Positions 18,959 to 27,944 of a stretch of 64,000 nt of DNA are shown piece by piece. A program made the translations under genes and the position numbers. Each line of letters starts with the position of its first letter. Within the stretch, counting starts at the first letter, position 1. This DNA is from Parcubacteria group bacterium LiPW_15 (GTDB lineage: Bacteria > Patescibacteriota > Minisyncoccia > UBA6257 > 2-01-FULL-56-20), in assembly GCA_007375645.1 (NCBI GenBank), contig VMER01000001.1, positions 5,139 through 69,138 of the forward strand. The letters are read 5' to 3'. The notes under the pieces are model-generated. The model did not search any database. It was not told the DNA's origin and saw only the letters and a list, made by a program, of their open reading frames with translations.

Positions 18959-20782
18959 ATGACTGCCAACGAGATACGCCAGAAGTTTTTGGAATATATG
19001 AAGGGCACGGGGCACGCCGTAGTGCCTTCTTCATCTCTCATCCCCGATGATCCGTCGGTGCTTTTGACGACTGCCGGCATGCAGCAGTTCAAGAAGTACT
19101 ACACGGGAGAGGCGGACGCGATGAAGGATTTCGGTTCCAAATCCACCGCTTCCGTTCAGAAGTCTTTTCGCACTTCGGATATCGAATCCGTCGGCGACGA
19201 GCGCCACCTCACTTTTTTTGAGATGCTCGGCAATTTTTCTTTCGGCGGGTATTTCAAGAAAGAAGCGATAACTTACGGTTATGAATTTATAACCAAAGTT
19301 ATGGGTTTGGAAATTTCCTATGTAACTATTTTTGAGGGCAAAGAGGACATTGGTGTCCCAAAGGATGTGGAATCCAAAGAAATATGGAAGAGTTTGGGAG
19401 TTCCCGAAGACAAAATAATCGAACAGGGAATGGATGACGTTTTCTGGGGCCCGACCGGTTCCGGCGGTCCTTGCGGCCCGACCACCGAAATATATGCAAA
19501 AGGCAAAAGCTTTACGGGGGAGCCGCTCGAGGTTTGGAATATAGTTTTTAATCAATTCTATTACTCCGGAAGCCGCGAGGAATTGAATCAGGGCGTTGAG
19601 GGCAAAAAACTTGAACCGCTTCCGACCCCGGGCGTGGATACGGGCATGGGGCTTGAGCGTTTGGTCATGGTCTCGCAGGACGTGCCGACAATTTTTGAAA
19701 TAGACCTTTTCCGAAATTCCTTGGGAGCTTTAACGGACTCCATCCCGGACAAGCGTTCCGCACGGATCATTGCCGACCATCTTCGCGCTTCCACTTTTCT
19801 CTTGGCCGACGGCGTGAGACCTTCCAATAAAGAACGGGGATATATTTTGCGCCGCTTGATCCGGAGAATGCTCGTAATCGCCAAGCGTCTGAATTTGCCG
19901 ACCGATGAACTCATAAAATATATCGGCAATATTGTTAAGGAGTATGGGAATTTTTATTTGGAGCTTAGTGTTAACAGCGGCGTTATTGTCGACGAATTTC
20001 GCGCGGAAGCCAAGAAATTTAATGCAACATTGGATAAGGGACTTAAAGAGTTCGATAGACGTTATCCAGCCGCGAAAGGTTCGGCCGTTGAAGGTCGTCA
20101 TGCCGGTGAGGATGCGTTCGACCTTTATCAAAGCTACGGGTTTCCGTTGGAAGTTATCGGGGAGCTTTTAACCGAGAGGAACTATAAATTTAACGAAGTG
20201 GAGTTTCGCGCCAAACTGGATGAAGAAATAAAAAAACATCAGGAGATATCCCGTGCCGGAGGAGAAAAGAAATTCGGCGGGCACGGATTAATTTTGGACA
20301 CCGGGGAACTTAAAGCCGGAAGCGAGGAGGAGCTGAAGACTGTGACCCGACTTCATACCGCGACCCATATGCTTCAAAAGGCTTTGCGCGAAGTTTTGGG
20401 CGACGAAGTTCATCAAGCGGGGTCCGATATCACCACCGAGCGCACCAGGTTCGATTTCAGCTTCCCGCGAAAATTAACCCCGGAAGAAATTAAAAAAGTT
20501 GAAGATATCGTTAACCAGAAAGTTCTAGAAGACTTGCCGATGAATAAGGTTGTGCTCCCGAAAGCGGAAGCGGAAAAGACCGGCGCGCTATTCTTCTTTA
20601 AAGAAAAGTATCCAGATCCGGTGAGTGTTTATTATCTTGGGCAGAATATCGAAACCGCTTGGAGCAAAGAGTTTTGCGGTGGACCGCACGTGACTCGTTC
20701 CGGCGAGGTTGGGAAATTAAAGATCCTTAAAGAAGAAGCCGTGGGGAGCGGCATGCGCCGTATCCGCGCGACCGTGGAATAG
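18959..20782 (+). CDS. alaS: Alanine--tRNA ligase (lacks C-Ala domain)
   Basis: LLTTAGMQQFK, HLTFFEMLGNFS, DTGMGLER, ADHLR; editing HTATH and EFCGGPH; ends at RRIRATVE. Confidence 0.96.
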   Translation: MTANEIRQKFLEYMKGTGHAVVPSSSLIPDDPSVLLTTAGMQQFKKYYTGEADAMKDFGSKSTASVQKSFRTSDIESVGDERHLTFFEMLGNFSFGGYFKKEAITYGYEFITKVMGLEISYVTIFEGKEDIGVPKDVESKEIWKSLGVPEDKIIEQGMDDVFWGPTGSGGPCGPTTEIYAKGKSFTGEPLEVWNIVFNQFYYSGSREELNQGVEGKKLEPLPTPGVDTGMGLERLVMVSQDVPTIFEIDLFRNSLGALTDSIPDKRSARIIADHLRASTFLLADGVRPSNKERGYILRRLIRRMLVIAKRLNLPTDELIKYIGNIVKEYGNFYLELSVNSGVIVDEFRAEAKKFNATLDKGLKEFDRRYPAAKGSAVEGRHAGEDAFDLYQSYGFPLEVIGELLTERNYKFNEVEFRAKLDEEIKKHQEISRAGGEKKFGGHGLILDTGELKAGSEEELKTVTRLHTATHMLQKALREVLGDEVHQAGSDITTERTRFDFSFPRKLTPEEIKKVEDIVNQKVLEDLPMNKVVLPKAEAEKTGALFFFKEKYPDPVSVYYLGQNIETAWSKEFCGGPHVTRSGEVGKLKILKEEAVGSGMRRIRATVE

Positions 20783-20848
20783 CTCCAGTTTTGGCTTTTC
20801 GAAGGACGATAATTCTGCGGCTCCTGCGGCCGCAGCTTATCTGCGCTC

Positions 20849-20868
20849 CCTGCCTGCCGGCAGGCAGG
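20849..20868. repeat. Perfect 20-bp palindrome CCTGCCTGCCGGCAGGCAGG (family B)
   Basis: Identical copy at 59008-59027. Confidence 0.9.
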
Positions 20869-20954
20869 TCGGCAATAAATGCGGTGTTAAAGAATATAAA
20901 TACACACTAAAAACATTTTGCACGAATATCTCATCAGGGCTACAATAAACGTAT

Positions 20955-22073
20955 ATGTTCGGCACCAGAGAAAAATTTCTCATTTTGAACATTGAACCTG
21001 CCGGTCCGCGTACTGTGGTCTTCGGCGTCGGTGAGGACAAAAATATTCGGTTTCAAAAGAATTTGGACGATTGGAATATCCCTAAATTTTTTAAAGATAT
21101 ATCCAGGAAAAATATGACGGCCGTTGTGAGTTTGCACCCGGCGCTCGGAGCCGTGCGCATCGTGCCGTTTAAATTCGTGCGCCAGACGCAAAGCGCGCCC
21201 TTGGAACACACGGAATTGGAAAACTTTTTAGCCCAGCTTTCCCAAAAAGCTTTTTTGGAGTTTCGCGCCGATGTGGCTGATGAACTCGGCATAGACGAAC
21301 TGGACGCGATACTCGTGGAGTCCAAGCCTTTCGCGTATCGCGCGGACGGAAGTTCGGTGAGTTCTCCTATCGGCCACAAGAGCAAGGAGATACATGGATT
21401 CTTGGAATTGCTTTTTACGACCCGGGACGCATTCGATCTTATGCAACCGACCATATATTCCGGGAATCCGGTTTTTATGACATTGCATGACAAATCAGAA
21501 CTAATGTCCCTCAAAAAAATGGGGATGGAAAAGATATCTCTCCTGGAGTTTTCCGAGGAGGGTGGGGCGCGACTTTTGAAATTCGATCTGGATAAGAAAA
21601 ATGATATGCCCGCAAGCCGCAAGTCAGTCGCTTGGTCGCCAAGCCGCTTTTTTACCCGCCTCGAAGAACTTTGGAATGTGGATCGCAAAACTGCCATGAG
21701 TATTTATTTCCTGTATCTAAAAGATGAGGTTTCGCCGAAACTAAAGGCGCAAATAGAAAAAATATGGAACAAAGAGACAAGCACTCTATTTTCGGCGCTT
21801 AGGCAGGCTGGGGCCAGGGGAGAGGTATATGTTAAAACCTGGATGCCGCTACCGCTTACTCTGCCGGCCAGGCAGAAAGGAATAACTCTCCTGGAATTTC
21901 CGTTCGGAGATATTTTCGACCGGCTTGGTTTTACTTTTGAGGGCAAACTTTCCGAACTTTCTCCCAGAGAGGCTTTTGCACAGCTTTCCCCGTTCGTCGA
22001 ATGCTATTATGATAGTAGCGACCCCCAAGTGAGTCACTCTTTAAGGCGCCGCATACACTGGTTAATCGGATAA
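20955..22073 (+). CDS. Hypothetical protein, possibly a degenerate FtsA/actin-like fold
   Basis: 372-aa ORF; AYRADGSSVSSPIGHKSKEI resembles the FtsA segment YIVDG...NPLGLSGSRLE; abuts the next gene. Confidence 0.6.
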   Translation: MFGTREKFLILNIEPAGPRTVVFGVGEDKNIRFQKNLDDWNIPKFFKDISRKNMTAVVSLHPALGAVRIVPFKFVRQTQSAPLEHTELENFLAQLSQKAFLEFRADVADELGIDELDAILVESKPFAYRADGSSVSSPIGHKSKEIHGFLELLFTTRDAFDLMQPTIYSGNPVFMTLHDKSELMSLKKMGMEKISLLEFSEEGGARLLKFDLDKKNDMPASRKSVAWSPSRFFTRLEELWNVDRKTAMSIYFLYLKDEVSPKLKAQIEKIWNKETSTLFSALRQAGARGEVYVKTWMPLPLTLPARQKGITLLEFPFGDIFDRLGFTFEGKLSELSPREAFAQLSPFVECYYDSSDPQVSHSLRRRIHWLIG

Positions 22074-23633
22074 ATGGCAAAAATAATAATAAACAAAAGC
22101 GAAGACGCACGAGCGGTAATTAAAAAAATAGAGAATAGCGAAAGCCGCAAGATAATTTTGGTTATTCCGAGGCAGTCTGTTTTTGGGGAAGAGGTCAGCA
22201 ATTTCGAACTTTTGCGGGAAGCGGCTACGGAGCTCGACAAAGAGATAGCAATAGAATCCGTGGATGAAAACATGCTCGCGCTCGCGAGAGCGAATGAGTT
22301 TGAGGCGTTGCATCCTCTATTTGAAGGCGGCGCTCAGGGAAAAGTTTCCGATATCTTGCCGGCGAAGAATCGCGGGAAAGCCTCCATTCTTAGGCGCCAA
22401 TCCGAACCGATCCATCACCTGGAGGTGGAATCCGGCGGGTCGTCCGAGGAGATTCTAGCGGATGAGCATGGGCATTCCGAGGAGGTGTATGAACCGGTTC
22501 CCCCAAAAAAGATCCCTCCAAAGCGAATATTCTATTTTATCGGCGGCATAATTGTTTTGGTCGGAATATTTTTCGCGGGGACTGCAATCTTTGCCCGCGC
22601 GGACATAAGCCTTCGTTTTAAAAAAACGCCCTGGCAGGATGCCTCAATAATGAAAGCCTCGATCGATCAGATCACCGGAACTTTAAAGGCACAGATATTC
22701 AATCCTGTTAAGTCCGCAACCCCGCTTTTCCCGGCATCCGGAAAATCGCAAGTTTCGATTAAGGCAGAGGGAAGGATAACTATTTTTAATGCCTACAGTT
22801 CCAAATCGCAGCAGCTTGTGGCAACTACAAGATTTGAAACTCCGGACGGAAAAATATTACGGCTGAAATCTCAAATTACCGTTCCGGGCGCAAAGATCCA
22901 GGACGGGAAAATTATTCCTTCAAGTATTGAAGCGGATATTATCGCCGATAAGCCGGGAGCCGAATACAATGTGGGCCCGATAGAAAAACTTACTATCCCC
23001 GGGTTCGAGGGATCTCCTCGCTTCGACGGTTTTTATGGAAAGATAGATTCCCAGCTCAAAGGCGGATTTGTCGGTGTGCGCCAGGTTCCGACAGCTGCAG
23101 ATATTGCTTCCGCAAAAACTAAGACCACGGAACTTTTGAAAGCGGCATTCGGCCCCAACTTCCTGGAGACAATTTCCGGCGGACTTATGATCCTGGATGG
23201 GGCTTCGGCCTTTGAAGTGACCAAACTTACCGTAGATCCGACTACGGACAACGACGGAAATTTCTCCGTTCTTGGCCAGGCAAAGTATACAGCTATCGGG
23301 TTTAAGGAGGAGGATCTGAGAGCTGCCATTCTTGTGAAAGCACGGGAGCAGGATTCTAATGCGTCCTTCGAAAGTATAAATCTTAAATATTCCAAGATTC
23401 AGCCGGACTTCAAAAAGGGGACATTAACTTTCGAGGTGGATTCAGAAGGAGTTGTAACTCCGGCTTTTGATCCGGAGGCATTCAAAGCGTCGGTTCTTGG
23501 CAAGCCGGCAACCGAGGTTAAGGGTATGATTCTCGGGCTTCCCGAGCTTTCCGACGGCAAAATCTCTCTTTCTCCCGCCTGGATCTCAACGGTTCCAGCG
23601 TCTGCCGGCAAGGTTAGGATAACCGTAGAATAG
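22074..23633 (+). CDS. Membrane-anchored baseplate-J-like domain protein
   Basis: Cytoplasmic N-domain (IILVIPRQS), single TM, then KAEGRITIFN...TRF...ADKPGAEYNVG...GG pattern. Confidence 0.7.
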   Translation: MAKIIINKSEDARAVIKKIENSESRKIILVIPRQSVFGEEVSNFELLREAATELDKEIAIESVDENMLALARANEFEALHPLFEGGAQGKVSDILPAKNRGKASILRRQSEPIHHLEVESGGSSEEILADEHGHSEEVYEPVPPKKIPPKRIFYFIGGIIVLVGIFFAGTAIFARADISLRFKKTPWQDASIMKASIDQITGTLKAQIFNPVKSATPLFPASGKSQVSIKAEGRITIFNAYSSKSQQLVATTRFETPDGKILRLKSQITVPGAKIQDGKIIPSSIEADIIADKPGAEYNVGPIEKLTIPGFEGSPRFDGFYGKIDSQLKGGFVGVRQVPTAADIASAKTKTTELLKAAFGPNFLETISGGLMILDGASAFEVTKLTVDPTTDNDGNFSVLGQAKYTAIGFKEEDLRAAILVKAREQDSNASFESINLKYSKIQPDFKKGTLTFEVDSEGVVTPAFDPEAFKASVLGKPATEVKGMILGLPELSDGKISLSPAWISTVPASAGKVRITVE

Positions 23634-23639
23634 GGATAG

Positions 23640-23668
23640 TTGACATAAATGGGGGGTTCGAATACAAT
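23640..23668 (+). promoter_or_regulatory. Sigma-70 promoter of the infA-rpsI cluster
   Basis: TTGACA-17 bp-TACAAT. Confidence 0.85.
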
Positions 23669-23688
23669 TATCGCACCGGCTTTAGTTT

Positions 23689-23910
23689 ATGACAGAATCT
23701 AAAAAGTCAGTTCTTCCGCACATAGAAGGTCAGGTGGAGGAGGCCCTACCGGGCCTTTCCTTTAGGGTTCGTCTTCCGGATGGAAGGCTGATCCTTGGCC
23801 ACCTTTCCGGCAAAATGCGTTTGCATCATATACGCATTGTTCCGGGCGATAAGGTCCTCATGGAGTTGAGTCTGGACGGGGAGCGCGGGAGAATAACACG
23901 CCGAAATTAA
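23689..23910 (+). CDS. infA: Translation initiation factor IF-1
   Basis: [35 protein letters not shown]. Confidence 0.96.
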   Translation: MTESKKSVLPHIEGQVEEALPGLSFRVRLPDGRLILGHLSGKMRLHHIRIVPGDKVLMELSLDGERGRITRRN

Positions 23911-23911
23911 A

Positions 23912-24025
23912 ATGAAAGTACGTTCGTCTATAAAAAAGATGTGTCAGAATTGTAAGGTTGTTAAAAGAGACGGCCGCCTCTTTGTTATCTGTAAGATTAA
24001 AAAACATAAACAGCGTCAAGGTTAA
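23912..24025 (+). CDS. rpmJ: 50S ribosomal protein L36 (not in ORF track)
   Basis: Manual translation [37 protein letters not shown]. Confidence 0.96.
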   Translation: MKVRSSIKKMCQNCKVVKRDGRLFVICKIKKHKQRQG

Positions 24026-24027
24026 AA

Positions 24028-24411
24028 ATGCGTCTACTTGGTGTAAACATTCCGGATCAAAAGCAAATTAAATATTCCCTTACCTACGTTTATGGTATCG
24101 GGCTGACTACGAGCGCTAAAGTTCTCGCCGAAACCAAGATTGATCCGAAAAAACTTGCGAAGGACTTGACTCAGGATGAACAGAACAAACTTAAGAATTT
24201 TGTGGAAAAGACCTTTCGCATTGAAGGAGAGCTTCGCCAAGTTATTCGACAGAACGTAAATCGCCTGAAGGATCTTAAGGTTTATCGCGGTATCCGACAC
24301 GCGCGCCACTTGCCGACCAGGGGTCAGAGAACTCGCACCAATTCTCGTACCGTTCGAGGAAATATCAGAAAGACCGCCGGCAGCGGTAAGAGAAAAGTTG
24401 AACTCAAGTAA
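24028..24411 (+). CDS. rpsM: 30S ribosomal protein S13
   Basis: RLLGVNIP, LTYVYGIG, YRGIRH...LPTRGQRTRTNSRT. Confidence 0.97.
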   Translation: MRLLGVNIPDQKQIKYSLTYVYGIGLTTSAKVLAETKIDPKKLAKDLTQDEQNKLKNFVEKTFRIEGELRQVIRQNVNRLKDLKVYRGIRHARHLPTRGQRTRTNSRTVRGNIRKTAGSGKRKVELK

Positions 24412-24413
24412 AA

Positions 24414-24836
24414 ATGGCAAAAACCACTAAAGCTAAAACCTCCGGAGATTCTGCGGCGAAGGCTGCCTCCTCCACAAAGAAAATCAAGAAAGTCTTGTCC
24501 GGCAAGATTTATATAAACGCATCCTATAACAACACGATCGTTTCCGTAACCGATGAGAAGGGAAACATCATCGCTTGGGCCACCGCCGGCTCCCTGGGCT
24601 TCTCCGGGCCGAAAAAGGCCACCCCGTTCGCAGCCTCAAAGATCATGTCTGTCATTATCGAAAAGCTTAAAGCTTCCGGCACCATTGACTTGGATGTAGT
24701 TGTAAAAGGCGTCGGTTCCGGCAGAGATTCCGCTGTTCGCTCCCTTTTGAACCAGGGCTTTAACATAAATTCCATCAAGGACGTCACTCCGGTTCCGCAC
24801 AACGGTCCGCGACCCGCTAAAACCCGCCGCGTTTAA
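24414..24836 (+). CDS. rpsK: 30S ribosomal protein S11
   Basis: ASYNNTIVSVTD, KKATPFAA, DVTPVPHNGPRP. Confidence 0.97.
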   Translation: MAKTTKAKTSGDSAAKAASSTKKIKKVLSGKIYINASYNNTIVSVTDEKGNIIAWATAGSLGFSGPKKATPFAASKIMSVIIEKLKASGTIDLDVVVKGVGSGRDSAVRSLLNQGFNINSIKDVTPVPHNGPRPAKTRRV

Positions 24837-24871
24837 TATTCTAACCTGCTACAAATTACTTACTAATAAAA

Positions 24872-25498
24872 ATGTTGGGACCAAAAGAAAAAAAAGAAAG
24901 AGCCTTGGGAGAGAGATTGCATCTTAAGGGCACTCGTTGCGACGGCCCGAAGTGTGCCGCTGTAAGGCGCCCCTATCCTCCCGGTGCCCATGGCCAGGGT
25001 CGTCACAGGGCCCTTTCTGATTTCGGCAAACAGCTTAAGGAAAAACAAAAATTTAAGCTAACTTATTTGCTTGACGAAAGGAACTTGAGCCGCATTTTCG
25101 GAGAGGCCGTTAAAAATGCAAAGGTCAGCGCCGGTGGTGTTGGCGCGAAGTTTGTCGAGCTTTTGGAGCGTCGTTTGGATAACGTTGTTTTTCGAATGGG
25201 CTTGGCGCCGTCCCGGCTTGCCGCAAGGCAGCTTGTTCTCCATGGGCACATCTTTGTGAATGGCCGCCGTTCTCGCGCTCCCGGCAATGAAGTTTGTCCG
25301 GATGACACGATCTCGGTTCGCAAGGAGTCTCTGTCCGAAGGACCATTCCGCGATTTGAAAGAGAAATTAAAAACCTATGACATGCCAAAATGGCTGGCGC
25401 TCAATCCAGAAAACCTAGAAGGTCGAATGACGACACTGCCAACCGATGTGGACATGCCTTTTGAAGTAAGTTTGCTTGTCGAAGCATTCAGCAAATAA
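24872..25498 (+). CDS. rpsD: 30S ribosomal protein S4
   Basis: YPPGAHG, QLKEKQK, LERRLDNVVFRMG, ARQLVLHGH. Confidence 0.97.
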   Translation: MLGPKEKKERALGERLHLKGTRCDGPKCAAVRRPYPPGAHGQGRHRALSDFGKQLKEKQKFKLTYLLDERNLSRIFGEAVKNAKVSAGGVGAKFVELLERRLDNVVFRMGLAPSRLAARQLVLHGHIFVNGRRSRAPGNEVCPDDTISVRKESLSEGPFRDLKEKLKTYDMPKWLALNPENLEGRMTTLPTDVDMPFEVSLLVEAFSK

Positions 25499-25506
25499 AA
25501 AAATAA

Positions 25507-26256
25507 ATGGAAATAACACATCTTAGCGAATCCGTTTCTATCAAAACCATCTCTGAAGACGCGAAGAAGGGTGTTTTCGAAGTGGAGGGTCTTTATGCGG
25601 GTTACGGTTTAACTCTGGGCAATGCCCTTCGCCGCACTCTCCTTTCTTCTTTGCCCGGAGCTGCGGTTACTTACTTAAAAATAAAGAACGTTCCGCATGA
25701 GTTTTCAACCCTTCCGGGAATGAAGGAGGATTTGATCCAGCTCATGCTCAATTTCAAAAAGCTGCGTTTTGCGACCGATTCCAATGAACCGCAAGTTCTA
25801 ACCCTGAAATGCAAGGGCGAAAAGGAAGTTATCGGCGCCGATATCGAACTCAACAGCGAAGTGGAGATCCTGAACCCGGAAGAGATGCTCGCCAGCCTGA
25901 CCGCGAAAGATTCCGAATTTGACGCGGAAGTAACCGTAGAGCGCGGACTTGGATATTCTCCGGCCGAAGCCAGGAAGAGCGAAAAATTACCGATAGGCGT
26001 TATCGCTTTGGATGCTTTCTTCTCTCCGGTTGTGAGCGTAAACTACAACGTTGAAGATATGCGTGTAGGCGACAGGACGGATTACAATCGTCTTCGCCTC
26101 GAAGTTGAGACCGATGGCACCGTAAGCCCGTCTTCCGCGCTTCATAAAGCGACCAACATTTTGAAGGACCACTTTGAGAAGGTTGCCGCGCTTGAAGTTA
26201 AAGAAGCCGCCCCTGCGGAAGCGAAACCGGCGAAAAAGAAAACTTCCAAAAAGTAA
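25507..26256 (+). CDS. rpoA: RNA polymerase alpha subunit (no C-terminal domain)
   Basis: GYGLTLGNALRRTLLSSLPG, HEFSTLPG, DAFFSPV, RVGDRTDY; only 249 aa. Confidence 0.95.
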   Translation: MEITHLSESVSIKTISEDAKKGVFEVEGLYAGYGLTLGNALRRTLLSSLPGAAVTYLKIKNVPHEFSTLPGMKEDLIQLMLNFKKLRFATDSNEPQVLTLKCKGEKEVIGADIELNSEVEILNPEEMLASLTAKDSEFDAEVTVERGLGYSPAEARKSEKLPIGVIALDAFFSPVVSVNYNVEDMRVGDRTDYNRLRLEVETDGTVSPSSALHKATNILKDHFEKVAALEVKEAAPAEAKPAKKKTSKK

Positions 26257-26261
26257 ATCTC

Positions 26262-26615
26262 ATGAGGCATAAGAAAGAAGGCAGAAAATTTCACAGAGAG
26301 ACCGGACAGCGCAAATCTTTTGTGCGCTCTCTTATGCTTGCCCTATTGAAGACCGGAAAGATAAAGACCACCGAAGCTCGCGCGAAGGAAATAAAACCGC
26401 TTGTGGAGAAAGCCATAACCCTCGCCAAGAAGCAGGATCTGGCCAGCCGCCGTTTGCTTATTTCCCGCCTTCATGATAAAAAAATAGTCCAAAAGCTTTG
26501 CGATGAACTGGCCAAGAAATATGCGGATCGCAAGGGCGGTTTCACAAGGATCGTGAAGCTCGGCGTAGTGAGAAAACGGGACGCAACCAGAATGGTAGAG
26601 ATATCTTTTGTATAA
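26262..26615 (+). CDS. rplQ: 50S ribosomal protein L17
   Basis: MRH...GRK, IKTTEARAKE, RKGGFTRIVK. Confidence 0.96.
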   Translation: MRHKKEGRKFHRETGQRKSFVRSLMLALLKTGKIKTTEARAKEIKPLVEKAITLAKKQDLASRRLLISRLHDKKIVQKLCDELAKKYADRKGGFTRIVKLGVVRKRDATRMVEISFV

Positions 26616-26616
26616 A

Positions 26617-26979
26617 ATGGACTACGTAATCGACGCAAAAAACAGACCGCTCGGACGCGTTGCCTCCGAAGCAGCGCTCATTCTTCAGGGCAAAAAGAGC
26701 CCGGCTTATAATCCAAGAAAGATCGGGTCCGACCGCGTTCTTTTAAAGAACTACTTACAGGTCACTTTAACCGGAAGAAAGTTCAAGGAAAAACTTTACC
26801 ATCATCACACCGGGTACATGGGTCATTTGAAGACCGAAACTTTTGAGATGGCCTGGAACAAGGATCCAAAAAAAGTCATCCGTGAGGTTATACTTCATAT
26901 GCTTCCCAAGAACTTCATCCAGTCGAAGAGGATATTAAATCTAGTTTTCGTGGAAAATGGAGAAAAAGCAAATGATTAA
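26617..26979 (+). CDS. rplM: 50S ribosomal protein L13 (short form)
   Basis: VIDAKNRPLGRVAS, LQGK, YHHHTGYMG, MLPKN. Confidence 0.94.
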   Translation: MDYVIDAKNRPLGRVASEAALILQGKKSPAYNPRKIGSDRVLLKNYLQVTLTGRKFKEKLYHHHTGYMGHLKTETFEMAWNKDPKKVIREVILHMLPKNFIQSKRILNLVFVENGEKAND

Positions 26980-27466
26980 AAAAGAAGTTAAGGAAAAGAA
27001 GCCGATTGCCCACAAGGCTCCTGCGGATAAGCCGGTAGCTCATCATGCTGCCACCCATGCCGCTCCGGCGGTTAAGGCCGGCCGTTATTTTGAAGGCATT
27101 GGCCGTAGGAAGACTGCGTCCGCCAGAGTGCGTGTTTCTAAGGGCTCCGGAAAGTTTGTTGTAAACGGCCGCACAGTGGACAAATATTTTCAAACGAATA
27201 AACTCCTCGCTATCGCCGAAGAGTCGCTTAAAAGGCTCAATATGGCGGATAACGTGGATGTGAGCGTGAAGATCGATGGCGGAGGCATCAACGCCCAGGC
27301 CGAGGCCGTAAGACACGGTGTTTCTAGGGCCCTGGTCTTAATGCAGCCCGACTTAAAGCTCCAATTGGCCTCTCTGGGACTTCTGACCCGCGACTCCCGC
27401 ATGGTGGAACGCAAGAAGCCAGGTTTGAAGAAAGCCAGAAGGGCTCCGCAGTGGAAGAAACGGTAA
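26972..27466 (+). CDS. rpsI: 30S ribosomal protein S9
   Basis: GRRKTASARV, GGGINAQAEAVRHG, LTRDSRMVERKKPGLKKARRAPQWKKR. Confidence 0.97.
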   Translation: MIKKEVKEKKPIAHKAPADKPVAHHAATHAAPAVKAGRYFEGIGRRKTASARVRVSKGSGKFVVNGRTVDKYFQTNKLLAIAEESLKRLNMADNVDVSVKIDGGGINAQAEAVRHGVSRALVLMQPDLKLQLASLGLLTRDSRMVERKKPGLKKARRAPQWKKR

Positions 27467-27469
27467 TTC

Positions 27470-27495
27470 AAAAGCTCCCCGAAAGGGGAGCTTTT
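27470..27495 (+). terminator. Intrinsic terminator of the ribosomal cluster
   Basis: aaaagctcccc-gaaa-ggggagctttt. Confidence 0.85.
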
Positions 27496-27519
27496 AGTTT
27501 CTCCCATTGCGGAGATGGA

Positions 27520-27600
27520 GGGGGTCGGGGAGGAACGGGAAATGAGTTCCTCCCCGTGTTGGAATTACTCAGAACCGAGGGTTTTGAGGGAGCGGAGCGA
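27520..27600 (+). mobile_element. MITE-like hairpin element, copy 1 (family E)
   Basis: GGGGTCGG-hairpin-CCGTG...ATTACTCAGAACCGAGGGTTTTGAGGGAGCGGAGCGA; related copies at 43191-43267 and 32893-32952(-). Confidence 0.65.
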
Positions 27601-27677
27601 CGCCGCATTGGAAGAAACGTTAAAAAAAGAAACCCCGCGAAAGCGGGGATTTCTTTTAGTTCTCATTCTTGTAACCT

Positions 27678-27707
27678 TTGACAAGCCAACCCGTTATATT
27701 GTATGCT
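27678..27707 (+). promoter_or_regulatory. Sigma-70 promoter upstream of leader peptide and ABC exporter
   Basis: TTGACA-18 bp-TATGCT, 7 nt before ATG 27715. Confidence 0.65.
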
Positions 27708-27714
27708 CCCGACC

Positions 27715-27858
27715 ATGATTAAAAGTCATAACATCTTTAATAGCTTATTGCGGCAGGGGAACTTCGATTCTCCGAAGGCTGTATTTATTGCCACCAATTG
27801 GGGCACTTCTATGTTTGGCGATTGGCGACGCATATTTGATTTTCAAAAACATAAATAA
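27715..27858 (+). CDS. Putative 47-aa attenuator leader peptide (not in ORF track)
   Basis: MIKSHNIFNSLLRQGNFDSPKAVFIATNWGTSMFGDWRRIFDFQKHK; begins at predicted +1 and ends just before a terminator. Confidence 0.6.
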   Translation: MIKSHNIFNSLLRQGNFDSPKAVFIATNWGTSMFGDWRRIFDFQKHK

Positions 27859-27877
27859 AGGTAAATGTTTTGAAACC

Positions 27878-27913
27878 AACAATGCCTCGCTAATCAGCGG
27901 GGCATTGTTTTTT
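27878..27913 (+). terminator. Leader (attenuator) terminator upstream of ABC exporter
   Basis: aacaatgcctcgct-aatc-agcggggcattgtt-tttt; its 5' arm can alternatively pair with 27820-27833. Confidence 0.8.
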
Positions 27914-27944
27914 GAAAATTCAAACGAAAAGAAAGGAGTAGGTC

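Noticed and set aside
22074-23633. Prophage or contractile injection system
   Set aside because: No capsid, sheath, tube, terminase or integrase genes; flanked by housekeeping genes.
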